DNA of 64,000 bases from Octopus sinensis (lineage: Eukaryota). The notes under the pieces were generated by a model. That model ran no database searches. It was not told the DNA's origin and saw only the letters and a list, made by a program, of their open reading frames with translations. A program made the position numbers and the translations under genes. Positions 47,779 through 60,986 of the stretch are shown here, piece after piece; the first letter of the stretch is position 1; the number at the start of each line of letters is the position of its first letter. The DNA lies in contig NC_043009.1 in the NCBI RefSeq assembly GCF_006345805.1, positions 34,906,001 through 34,970,000 of the forward strand. Reading direction: 5' to 3'.

Positions 47779-50070
47779 CAGGGGCTCTCAGCCATTTTTT
47801 TTACGTATGGATTCCTTAATTCCGATATTACTCGGCCATTTTATTAGCTATTCAATGTTTAAAAATCCTAGTGTATTTTTATAATTAGATATTATCAGGA
47901 TTTGTATAAAAATTGCTAAAATATTTTGTGCATTGTAGATGTATAACGAATTTATTGCACATAAACTTTAACAGCGAACTAAATGCTATGGAAAATTAAT
48001 GTCAACTAGTCAAATGAGTCATAAATGTACAAAGACATATTTATGAAAAGAAGATAGTGCTCTAGTGCTACTTTATTTAATGCCAGCCTTGATGTTGATG
48101 CTGCTCTGCTAGTTTAGCAATATTCGGCTCCTACATTGTGTACAGCATCGAGTCGATTACGATCTTTTGACAGTAAGTTAGTAACACGGGTGAAACCAGA
48201 TTCAACAAGATAAGCAGTAAAGGCAGTAACGTACAGCTGCGCTTTCTCCCAGAGTAGTAGATACTGTGTAGTAGTGTCATTACTTTTACATAGATTATGT
48301 TTCCCGTCTTTAAATCTTGCCTGAACTATTTCATCATTCTGCAATTCAATGAGATTCTCCTGCAAACAGATATCCACATTAGCAACATTATCTTCAAAAG
48401 GAAGTGTCACCCAACGCAGTACATTTAACTTCAGTAGGTCGTTAAACCGAACTGACGTATCATCATTCAAGTTTTTCAAATGTTCAGCATACAATACAAG
48501 GTCGTCATCGTGCAGATTATTGTTAATTGATTCCAAATTGGGAAATTGTAATAATGCACGACGTACAGTATGAGATCTGATCAATAAGTATCCAGACTGT
48601 TGCATTAGTAACGAAGCTAAAGGACATAGAGTGACACAGCTTGACACTGATTGACTTCGAACTCTGTTGTGTTTGTGCACCTAGTTTTAAAGTTCCGGTT
48701 CACTTCCCCTGTTTGCAGCAGTGCTTGGAAGGGATGTGTTGAGTGTGTGATCGTCGCATTGACCATGACAGAGAAAGTTGTTACGGCAATACCTGTTCAT
48801 AGGACTACGCAAAGTTGCAGAAAGTGTATGGAGAGGAGTCTATGAGCCGCACACAAGTGTACGAGTGTGTCAGACGTTTCCAAGATAGCCGAAAAAATGT
48901 CGATATTGACGAACGTTTTAGGAGACTCACGGCCAGCATAACTACAAAAATATCGCAGATGTGCGTGCAGAGGGGAAATCGTCGAATCACCATCCATGAG
49001 TTATCAGAGGATGTGCAGATTAGTTATGGTTCAGTTCATCACATTATAACTGAAGATTTAAGTATGAGACGCGTGTCTGCCAAGTTTATACCAAAACAGT
49101 TTTCAGCTGACCAAAAAGATACGCGGGTTTATGTTGTACAAAATCTCCTTGAAGGTGTGGTGAAGGATGAAAACTTTTTTGAAAACTTTGCATAGGCCTC
49201 AGAGCAAGTATCGCCAAGCTTTTGACAAAATTTGTTCCAGATTCTCTGCTCAAATTTCTGTCATGGTCAATGCGACGATCACACGCTACACACGTTCTTT
49301 CCAAGCAGTGCTATAAACAGCGGAAGTGAGCTAGAACGTTAAAACTTAATGCGCATACACGGCAGAGTGCAAGGTAAACCTGTACCGAATGGCTTGACTC
49401 TGCGTTCTTTAGCTTCGTTACTATGGCAACTGTCCGGACACTTATTGATCAGACCGCGTAGTCATTTTGTAGAGCTATACTTTTCCTAGAAAAGCTCCTT
49501 TTTCTCCTTGAAGCTCTTTAAACAAATCAATTTTACCAAATATATCTGATATATAAAATATATTACATTTAGCTGCAATCGATGTCAATAAAATAGCTTT
49601 ATTATCTCTGAAGGTAAATTTCTTAACTCGCAACTTGGCTAGTAGTTGCTTTTCTACATCCTTAGCTATTTTTCAATGCACACTGATACTAATGATGTAC
49701 TTAAAATATCATACTTTTATGAGGATTTTGTTTTATAACTGATGAATACTAAGTAGCTGATTCACCATTTTTTATTGTTTGAAATTCATTGTGTAGCTTT
49801 CTAAAATATTCTACCGAATTGTTTTTCTTGTCTTTGTGATTGGTCTCCAAATATATTTTAAGCTTAGCTGGCCACATGCTACCATTTGACGGTACGTTCA
49901 TACATATGAGATACATTAGTTTCGTTTCGATCTGTGGCAATGGAATAACGGCACAAGACTGAATAAGGTCGGTATTTCTTCTTAGTCGGAGGAGCCATGG
50001 GCAATATGGTAAATTAAAACAAATATGAGCGAAAGTGCACAAATGAAATACCTTTTAATAAGCGTTCTAG
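47779..50070 (-). mobile_element. Buster/Charlie-like hAT element, internally deleted and interrupted by a mariner
   Basis: CAGGGG terminus at 47779. C-terminus QFP.L..Y.EHL..RF.DLL..LQE.LIEL..YLVESGF..K.RNRL; N-terminus YLIC..SN.SM.PAKLK..LET.H. Upper boundary approximate. Confidence 0.8.
48571..49458 (+). mobile_element. Mariner-like element, internally deleted, with TIRs and TA TSD
   Basis: TIRs ..tctgatcaataagt(a/g)tcc(a/g)gac..; TA at 48569-48570 and 49459-49460; ORF 48815-49195 is the HTH region up to AKFIPK, with no DDD domain. Confidence 0.9.
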
Positions 50071-50077
50071 ATAATTA

Positions 50078-50466
50078 TCTTTATATATAAAAGTGAAGTT
50101 GTGTGTCTGTCTCCGATTTAGATTCCTAACTACTCCCACATTTTGCGGTGCAGTGTAACCAAAAGCGGGTATCTTATAGTCGTGATTCATATCGAGCCCT
50201 TCTGGGTATTAGCGCGCGTCTACGATGAGTCTACGATTTAAAAAAAAAATTACCATCATTTTTTCCCATTTTTAATGCATTTTTTGCTATTATATAGGGA
50301 AGTAACTCTCTAAAATGTATTATTAAATCTCAGAACGTAAAAAGCTACAGTAACACCCCCCTTTGTGGTTAGCTATATTGAGATGGCTATTATACTTTAC
50401 ATCTCTAAAAATGCTTATATAGTCATTTCCCTTACAAACCCGAGCAACGCCGGGCGATACTGCTAG
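50078..50466 (+). mobile_element. Helitron-like MITE
   Basis: A|TC 5' end, subterminal hairpin cccgagcaacgccggg, CTAG|T 3' end. Confidence 0.8.
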
Positions 50467-51779
50467 TAATTAATAATTTTGAAACGAAAAATTAACCCCT
50501 GGTGCAATGCATTGTCAACACCTTTTGCTTTGACATATCCCACGCATCACAGCCAACTCATCACAGCTCATCGTTCTTAATGCAACCCAATAATATAACA
50601 ACTCACCTGTTACATATTCTACACTCAGAAAACGAAAAGAAAACCAAACAACACACTTTACACCCTAAAAGCATTACTATACACACCTCTAGAAAGCTAT
50701 AATGCAGGAACACTGGAAGCAGTTACTGGTACAAAATTATTGAAAACATGTAGTGATAACTATAATGTAGCATAAACAGAACAATTACAGGATTATATTT
50801 GTCATGAAATCTTGTAATTTGTGATGTTTTCTTCGGCGTTTCTATGGATGCTTGATTTCATATTTCAACGAAGAAATATTATATGGCTGATAATTTTGAA
50901 CACAAATTTCATAATTACAAAGCTAATAGTAACTATCTAATTTACACGAACGAGTCAAAACTGTAGTCGTTATGAAATACATTTGTAATTAAAAATATTG
51001 TTATTATACGTTTTTATGAAGTTCTTTTCTTTGACGTAGTTTGACATAATTCGATATTATAATGTAATTAAGCACAAATAAACAATTTTGCTGCTAGACG
51101 TTCAATATGGAAATAATTGATAACACGTAAACACATACAATCACACACATACACACACATATGCACACACATACACACACATATACACACACACATACAC
51201 ACACACAAATACACACATACATATATGTATATAAATACATACATATATGTGTATAGATACATACATATATGTATACAATCACACATGCATGCATACGTTC
51301 ATATATACATATATATACACTCGCGTGCACACACACACACACACACGCGCGCACACATACACGCGCACATACGCACGCGCACATACACACGCGAGTAAAA
51401 GTTATTTCATTCCAAATGCAAAGTTGAACAATTTTCTAAGTTTAATTGAAGAAAAATGTAAAACAATTACACTTTTGGCTGATTTGCATTCCCTGAGATA
51501 AGCTGCAGCTTTTGCAGTCAAAGAATTATTTAATGCAACTCTTCACACCTGTTACATGTAATTGTATCATATATACAGGCTTTTTGTTTCATTATTTTCT
51601 CTAGAACATTTCAAGCGAAACTAAGACTAATTCCTTCAAACATTTCAAAGCAAAAACTCGAAAGTAACTTATCTTTAAGAAATTCTAAATTCAAGTTGAG
51701 CTTTTCCACAACGCGGAAGAAGGTTAATGAGCTACAAATGTTGAACAATCGAGGAGAAATCTTATTAGTATTCAATAAT

Positions 51780-52010
51780 TATGGCTCGTATAATTGTTGA
51801 TGTCATTGGTGTGGTACATGTTATTAGATGTTAATAATTTCCTTGCCTTTCTCTCCATGTGCTGGAGTTACGTAGGATTCCAGTTAATAATATTAATAAT
51901 GTACTACACTACTGGAAGTTCCAGTGTGATAATGGCTTCGATGCGATTTTTAGAGTTAAGTACAAGTCTTCGGAATCTACATGATATAACATATTCGTAG
52001 AAAATGTTAT
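51780..52010 (-). mobile_element. Degraded R4/Dong-type RT C-terminal fragment
   Basis: LVLNSKNRIEAIITLELPVV..IINWN..LQHMERKARKLLTSNNMYH. Confidence 0.55.
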
Positions 52011-52852
52011 TAAAAAATATCCATTTTTCTGAAAGTTATGATCATCCAAATTGGGCAGAAATCTGTAGTTATGCCGACAAATGTGACACTTTCCTTCTGG
52101 GCCTGGTTATATATGTATATAGAAATACACGAGTGCAGAAGATAGTAAGCAATGAAATTAACTTGGTAACGGAAATTATGTTCCTTAATACGACGGGCAG
52201 AAAGTAAATAGGAAATTTTAACAGAAAATAAAGTATTGTACAGGCTGAAGCAAAATTTGCCACTCAGTGAACCAAAGAGCCAGTATCGAAGGAAGGAGAA
52301 AGAAACCGCCAACAACAGTTAAAACAAAAACTGTAAGGATTGAAATGAAATTTATGAAGGTACTTCTGTCAGTAAATTATGAAATTACTTGCGTCAGTAA
52401 TTATGAACTTCTTTCTGTCAGTAATTTGTCGTTGTTTGCTTGTAAATAGCGATTCAAAGCTTAGACTTACAGTGACAACAATAACATGGAAGTTAAACAA
52501 TGGCGTATGAAAATTGAAAGTGAAAACAAACGATATAGATAGAGAGATATGTTACAGAGAAACAGAGATAGATAGAGGGAGATGGATGGAGAGATATACA
52601 TAAAGAGATATGTTTCGTCACTGACGCTAGAAAACCGGAAGTAAATATTTCAAAATCTTCCAAAGGCGTGAATGTAATATAAAAAACAATATTTAAAAAA
52701 ATTTTAATAACGTTTAATAAAACAAAAATCAGATGAACAGCCTATTATTTGACCGAGGTAAAATTATTCATGTATTACAAGTATGAAAGCAATTGGTGGA
52801 GTCATTTTCGCGTGAAAAATGAATACACACACATCTCTACTTTATATATATA

Positions 52853-53448
<596 letters not shown>

Positions 53449-53586
53449 GTGTGTGTATGTATAGATACAAATATGTATAGTAGCATTATATATTGTTGAT
53501 ATACATATCCATATATGTGTGTGTGTATCAACAACAATGATAATAATAATAATATAATAATAATAATATAATAATAATAATAATAC

Positions 53587-54069
53587 ATTGTTTTGTCTTG
53601 GTATAAAAGATGGGCTACAGCAAATATTCGGCTCAATACCACAGATTTGCTTGTCAGTTGTTTGACCTTAACCAGTTGAGCATGTCCCTTAGTGGCTGAC
53701 GATATGTGCATCTCTGATCACGAGCAGAAGTAGTGGGGGAGCATCATAGCCATGTGTTGAGAGGGATTCTTTGGGGTTTGAATAGTTCACCTCTGGAAAC
53801 ATGGGTGGTTCTTTCAACATCCTTAAACAACCCTTATTCAGGGACCGTTTGAGCGGGATGGGCTACTCAACTTGAAGAAAATTCTAACTGGGCCCCACCT
53901 GCAAGGTCATGTGCTGTTTATCTTGATATGAGATCACCATGTCGCGCACATATGGTTGTGATGCATGTGCCTGGTGTACCTTTATCAGACGGGTAGTCAT
54001 GATGGGTATATTGGGCTTCGTATATTTTACCCCAGTGTCACTTTGATGGCATGCACTGCTCTCTCACTC
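53587..54069 (+). mobile_element. About 480-bp non-coding element flanked on both sides by (AAT)n
   Basis: Both halves are repeated at 5225-5715. Confidence 0.75.
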
Positions 54070-54120
54070 AATAATAATAATAAGATTATTATGATGTTGC
54101 ATAGCATTACCTTTAATTCT

Positions 54121-54385
54121 TTTTATATATACAGCTTTACACAGACCCACACATGTTTCAGCTGCACCGATTAGTAACCGTTGTAACTTAACGAACAACT
54201 CTACATTATACAATGCAAAGTAGATAAACGAAAAACTTCAAAGAGTCAAATCGAAGAATATGAAGTAAAGACCCTGAAGAAACTGCACCGGTTTTATAGT
54301 AGGGTTTCAATTGCAAGGGTTACTAACGGGTGCAGTTGAAACACGTGTGGTTCTATGTAAAGTTGTATATATATATATATAAAAA
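54121..54385. mobile_element. PLE pseudo-LTR-like mini-element: inverted partial copy + direct hammerhead-like copy
   Basis: 54121-54190 is the reverse complement of about 54310-54385; hammerhead core at 54269-54354. Confidence 0.6.
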
Positions 54386-56261
54386 AATTTAATAATGCTA
54401 TGCCCCTTCGTAATAATGCTTATTATTATTTATTATACACTACAGGAAACCTATATGGTTTAGGTGATATATTCAGAATTTTCTAAGGGAATATATCTCT
54501 AAATTCTTATCTTATAAGAATATTATTGGATTTATATATTAACTGTTGAATTCCTAACTCAGAGCTAACCGGAAAACGTTTGGAGTAATCCCTTATTATT
54601 TAGAAATATACACCCACACACACATACACGTATATGTATGTATGGGCTTGTTTTGTCGTTATATTTATATATTAATATGTGTAAGTGTATGTATATATAT
54701 ACACACATATTCATACAGTACACATGTACATATTCTGTTATTTTCATACCTAGATTTTTTTGACATTCTCATTGTATTGAATATATTATCATTGCTTCAT
54801 TGTAAACATATTATTCAGTGGAACACAAAAAATAGATATTATTCTTTTGTTACACGCATTTTCCACACAAACTTCTTAACCTTTGGGCCACTCTGCATCT
54901 GCCATATGCACGCACCCACAGAAACACACTTATTCTAACGCATACACGCGTGCGGTTGCGTACAAACTTTCGTACATTCTCATATATCAATGTGGAAGGT
55001 ACACACAAACCACACACATATAAAGAAACTCCACATTCATACACAATCATTTGAACATACACACTCCTGTACATATACCTGTAACCCCAAAAATCTCTAG
55101 CATAGCCGTGCTATCATTGTAGAAATTATTATGAGATCCAGACAATTTGTGCAAGAATGGAAGTTACGTTCGTCGGATCTATGCAGATGCACGAAACCTT
55201 CTTCCCATACACTTTCAATATTCGAACATTGCTCTTTTATTATATTATGTTCAACTGTTATTAAAAGAGATTGATTGCAAGTGGCTGTGTGGTAAGAACT
55301 TAGCCTCCTAACCACATGGTTCATTGTTCAGTCCCATTCGGGCCGACCAAAGCCTTGTGAGTGGATTTGGTAGACGGAAACTGAAAGAAACCTGTCGTAT
55401 ATATATATATACGTCCTGTACTCAGCACAGGTGGACCCAAGATTAAATGAAACGAACGAATGTATCAAGTTTTTCAAATAATTGTTTCCTGAATTTACCA
55501 GTCCTTAGTTAATCATGTACGCGTTTCGGGGTTAGACTTGTGTAAAATTCATTTCTTTCTTCAGCATGATATTCAAGATTATAAATTTGAAAATGCTAAC
55601 AAACCTAATGTACGCTCGATCACACTGTCTTTCTACTCTTTAGTCGTTTTACTTTATCCACCTCTTTTATGACAAATTAATGGTGGTTTGAAAGACAAGA
55701 GTTTTCATTTCTCGAATTTCAGTAATTTCATTTGTTACATTTGTTATATTTCTACTGTTACAGTTATTCGCTGCTGCAGCAACGAACTACAGGTTTGAGC
55801 AAAATATGTATAAAATGCTTAATTATGAAGTGTTTTGTCTACAAAATTAACATGGCTCTAATTTGCTTTTCTCTTTTATAAGAAGCAATCTCAATTTCAA
55901 GGGAATTAATGCAGTAATTGTATTCAAAAACTGTCTTAAAATATCCACCTCCAACATGCTTCCTCTTTAATCTATATTTTATCTTTTCTTTCACTCTATG
56001 TCAATCTGAAACTACACCAGTCACGCAACACACAAAGCAAAAATGTAGCTGGCAGTCGCAGTTAAGATCTTTCGCTTATTCATCCACTGATCCTTCCTCG
56101 AGACAATCACATCAGTAAAAAACAAAGGAAATTGGACATACAGTCATTTGTTTCAACATATAATTCCAGCTAAGACAATCCTCTACACTCTAAACTATAT
56201 TTCAGCAATATACTGATACGTACATATATATACAAACATACTTACATAGGTACGCACACGC

Positions 56262-56303
<42 letters not shown>

Positions 56304-57229
56304 TCACACACACAGACATAGACGCACACACACTTGTTTTATTGATTGTTTCTGACAAGTATTTTATAAGTTACAATATAATATTTTTGTGTTTTCCTTA
56401 TTAAAGTTTTGCCTGTGCATTTATTGTGCTAGTGTATATATTTTATTTTAGATATGTGAGCATATTATACATATATTGTACAAATTATTATAGATTTGTG
56501 TTGATATGTATGTATTTATTCATAAATATATAAATGGTTTTGTATTCCAGACACCTCCCTCTGTCTGAATGTTTATGAAGTTACGTACGGTAGCACCTAT
56601 ATTTTTAATTGCATGTTGATCTGAATATTTTCTTATACGTGTCTTGTTAGTTTTTTCCTGATATTAATTTGCAGAGATCTTTTATTGATTATTTTTCCGT
56701 TAGCATTTATCAATACATAAATTTTGTTCTTAGAAAGTAATTTAACAATTTTGAGGTATAATGGCTTGTCCCTACATTAATAGCATTCAAATATTTGTCT
56801 TATTTCTGTTTACGTGATTATTACCATAAGCTGTTTTATTTTGTTTTAGAGTTCATTCAATATTAATTTACAGAGATTTATGACTAGATTTTAATATACA
56901 TAAGAGATTATTTTTAACGCACTTCCTTGCTTAACTTTTTCTTTTATATACCTGCCACTCATGAAATATAAATAGATTATATTTTGTCTTTAGTATTACA
57001 AATATAAATACACATTAGGCTATTTCTTGTAAATTTATCCTGATTTTCTTTGAAGCTTCAATTATTCCTCTCTTCCGTTTTCTCATGGTTATTTGACGTG
57101 TGAGAAACAGTTTAAAGGAAAAATATTAAAATTCTCATAAATTTTCAGTACATTTAAACAACAACATTTTATATTAAAAATAACGCAAACGATGTTAGAA
57201 AATTCTAGAAATTTAAAATTGTATTTTAA

Positions 57230-57254
<25 letters not shown>

Positions 57255-57266
<12 letters not shown>

Positions 57267-57763
57267 TGTAGTTGTGTGAGTGTCTGTCCCCTTCGATTTA
57301 GATTCCTAACTACTCCCACATTTTGCGGTGCAGTTTAACCAAATTCGGGTATCTTATAGTCGTGATTCATATCGAGCCCGTCTGGCTATTAGCGCGCGTC
57401 TACGATGAGTCTACGATTTTAAAAAGAATTTAACATCATTTTTTATTCCATTTTAATGCATAATTTTTCGCGTGTCGATGGCGGCGGAGTTGGCGTCCAT
57501 GGTCACACCTGCACCTGTTTGCTTCTCCCCCTTCTTCCCTCCCTCGTGAAGCTGTGGGGAAGGGAGTGTAAAGAAATCAACGTCGTAATGCGTTGTCAAG
57601 GAGACCAGCGTTCATTTAGAACAACGACTTCATGGCTTGAAGACACCAAAACAGAAATGGCTAAGAAAGCCCGAATTGGCATCTATAAGGGAAGTAACTC
57701 TCTAAAAATGCTTATATAGTTATTTCTCTTACAAACCCGAGCAACGCCGGGAGATACTGCTAG
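57255..57763 (+). mobile_element. Helitron-like MITE, same family
   Basis: Hairpin + CTAG|T at 57760-57764. Confidence 0.8.
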
Positions 57764-57831
<68 letters not shown>

Positions 57832-57849
57832 TTATATATCATCTTTTAA

Positions 57850-58150
57850 ATGTTTCAGTCATTAGACTACGACCATGCTGGGGCACTGCGATGAAGAATA
57901 TTTTGTCGAATGTATCGACCTCAGTACTTAATTTTTAAAGTCTGGTACTTATTCTATCGCTTTCTGTTGCAGAACTGCTAGTGTTACGAGGACGTAAAAA
58001 TATCACCACTGGTTGTCTAACAGTGGTGGGGAGGACACACACACACACACACACCACACACACACACACATGACGGGTTTCTTCCACCTTCCATCTACAC
58101 AATGCACTCACAATGCTTTAGTTGGCCCGAAACCATAGTGGAAAACATTT
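57850..58150 (-). mobile_element. Diverged SINE family 1 copy
   Basis: tttcagtcattagact..gtacttattctatc..cttagttggccc matches the family 1 reverse complement. Confidence 0.6.
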
Positions 58151-58601
58151 GCCCAAGATGCTCTGTGTTTGAACTAAGCCCCGAACCCCGACCCTCTTAT
58201 ACTGTACGATGGGGAAAACGAAAAACTTGATAATGAGATAAACTCGTGGAACAGAGTGACGAAAGTAGATAAAGCAAGAGTTAAGGGGTTGCCTGGGTAC
58301 ATGCGCTGTGTGATAGTAGACCGGGGTGTCTTTCAAGATTAAAGGATTACAAGGAAAACTGTGACTATGAGTCGTGGGTAAAGAAAAATAGACACTAGCA
58401 CAATGTCAGAACGGATTAGCTGCTTTGATATTTAAAAAAAATATATAACAAACATTTTGCGTAAAAATGAAAACTAGTTGTTATAAATGGTGTTACAAAT
58501 AGTGTTTTAAACTAGTATCTGAAAAAAAAAGTTGTATTAACTGGTTCAATAGAGGCGCTCGGAGGTGTGTATGTACAAACACACACACACACACACACAC
58601 G

Positions 58602-58639
<38 letters not shown>

Positions 58640-59272
58640 ACACACACACACACACACACATACATGAGTGTATATATAAATATATGCATGTTTCTGTGTG
58701 TTTGTGTGTCTGTGTATATAAGCATTTAATATCTATCGGGCTTAATTTTACGTCTATTTTCTCCTAAAGGATCTCATTATTATATTAGCAATAGGAACGA
58801 AGTTTTTGTGACATATAGCCATAATGCAAGTTCGAGCCCTAATAGTTGGGATCACAATTGTGAGGTCGCACATTTGGTTTCCAAGGGGTGGGATGTGAAC
58901 CTGTTCTCGTGAACTGTACTTCATTTCACGTTTATCACTCAGTGAAAAGAGTACTATCAAGTCCCCCCCCCCCACTTTCTCTCCCTCTATCTAGTTGTCA
59001 CTTCAATTATTCTTCATTGGGTGAAGAATGGAAGGGTTTACTGCATAACTATGCCGGGAATAATCTATATTGGTATCGCAAACAACTATTGAAAGCATGG
59101 TGTATGCTAACAACTCATATGGGCTTGCAAGTGGATGCAAGGATATGGTTGGGAGAGGAGAAAAGTAATACAAATGGCAATATTGTTATATTTGTTTTTG
59201 TTATGTTCATGAATATAGTTTAAAAAAGAAACAAAGCATTCCATTGACCGTCGTGTTTTAAACACAGGGGTA

Positions 59273-59717
59273 GGATCTTTTCGGTTTGAACGGCAGTTTT
59301 TTCTAGCGGTGTCATATGCAATTGTCACCTATAATTATGACCCTAGTATCGATCTATTGCATGCCAATCTGTTTTAGGGTTAGGGTTAGAGTTAGGGTTA
59401 GTTAGGGTTAGGGTTAAGGCTAGGGGTGGCGGAAGGGTATCTCTTTTTCTTCAGAAATGTAAATAAACCCAATCTGTTTCTTAAACGAGGAACATATTCA
59501 TACGGCACAGAATGTTTTCACCTCAATAGACGTCATTGATTGGTTGAAATTGCAGAAATTGAAGAAAAAAACAAATATCTTACAAACTATAGAATTTTCC
59601 AATAAAGCCAAGAGAAAAAGATGTTTTATAAACACATTCTACCAGTATACGAAGTTTAACATTTTTTAGTTACGTGGAAATTATTAAAAAAAACTGCCTG
59701 TCAAACCGAAAAGATCC
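59273..59717. mobile_element. Third Merlin-type MITE copy (opposite orientation)
   Basis: Same TIRs; TSD caggggta at 59265-59272 and 59718-59725. Confidence 0.87.
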
Positions 59718-60004
59718 CAGGGGTATTAAAGGAAACACATGTTTGAAATGAACAGGGCAAAAGACTGGTGGTGTTTTCTTTTCTCAAATAAATTGATTCC
59801 AATACGTTCTTTTCTAAGTCTGGTACTTATTCAGTTGAACTCTTATAACCAAGCTGCTGAGTTACGGCTACGTAAACAAACCAGTTGTCAAGCGGTGGTG
59901 GGGAAAACAAAAAGACTCACGCACATACATACGTGCGTACATACATACATACATGATGGCTGCTCCCTCGTTATCGAGTATGGCCATTGCACGAAGCTTA
60001 ACTG

Positions 60005-60290
60005 TTACTGGTGCTGTGATCGAATATGACTTTTAAGCCCAGTTAAAGATCTACAATGTCTTGTACAAAATTGGCAACTAAAACCTTTACCGGTAATAGC
60101 CGGCTGTAGTTGAAACTGGGCTTCACGTACCTTTGCATGTCGTTTAAGTCCTCCTGCCGAATTACACTCTCTTCCACATGCCCGACAGATATGATTAGTA
60201 TGGTGTGTTACACCACCACCAGTGGCCAGGTTGTCACGCATCTGTCTCGTTTTATGACTACGAAGATGACTCTTGAATCCATTCATACAT
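60005..60290 (-). mobile_element. RTE-type LINE C-terminal tandem C2H2 fingers
   Basis: HICRACGRECNSAGGLKRH and FSCQFCTRHCRSLTGLKSHIRSQH (C..C.R.C.S..GL.SH type); no TGEKP linkers. Confidence 0.55.
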
Positions 60291-60324
60291 ACATACATAC
60301 ATACATACAAACATACATACATAC

Positions 60325-60986
60325 TACGAGGTACTACCTACGACCCAGGCATGATATAGCTGCGAAGATTATTTACAATGCTATCCGCAGCAAGGGCTGT
60401 CCTGACGTTTACATCAAAAGCATGTCAAAAACCAGCAGGTATTCACACCTTTAAAAGCAAGGAATACTGCTGGAATACCTCACTAAAAACATCAAATCGG
60501 TGCAAACGTAAGAGACCTGATATTGTTCTGTGGGATAAGGAAAAAAGTTATGCACTGTTGTTGAGGTCAGCTGCCCAGTAGATGTGAATATACTATCCAG
60601 GAAAAAGAGATCATTTATGACGAATTAATGCGAAACTTACGGCTCTTGTACCTCGCTCTGTGAATTCTCATTTGTATCTATCATCATAAGTGCATTACGT
60701 TATGTATCAACGAATTTGCACAAATCCTCTAAAATATTCGGTTTCAGCGTAAAAGAGTAAAAGAAACTGACGTGTATTTTACCAAATATGATCTTTTAGT
60801 GGCACAGTGAAAATATGTATGACATTCCAAAAATTCTTCATGAGAGATTCTTATGTGAAAGGATGCACACTCAACCAGACATTTACAAACACCGGGAGCT
60901 CTCTTAACTCAAAAAGTCTTGTTGCTTTATTAGTGACTGGTTTGAAATCTCTCAAGAGGAACTTAAACTAAACTCGAAGAAAAATT
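60325..60986 (+). mobile_element. RLE LINE 3' fragment flanked on both sides by (TACA)n
   Basis: RYYLRPRHDIAAKIIYNAI; YCWNTSLKT..CKRKRPDIVLWDKEK; same family as 28690-30030. Confidence 0.8.

Noticed and set aside
53600-53770. HDV-like ribozyme in the (AAT)n-flanked element
   Set aside because: A P1-like pairing exists on the minus strand, but there is no P1.1 GG or a convincing P2/P4.
60005-60322. Host C2H2 zinc-finger gene
   Set aside because: The fingers are of the RTE C-terminal type, lack TGEKP linkers, and the ORF start lies in a microsatellite.
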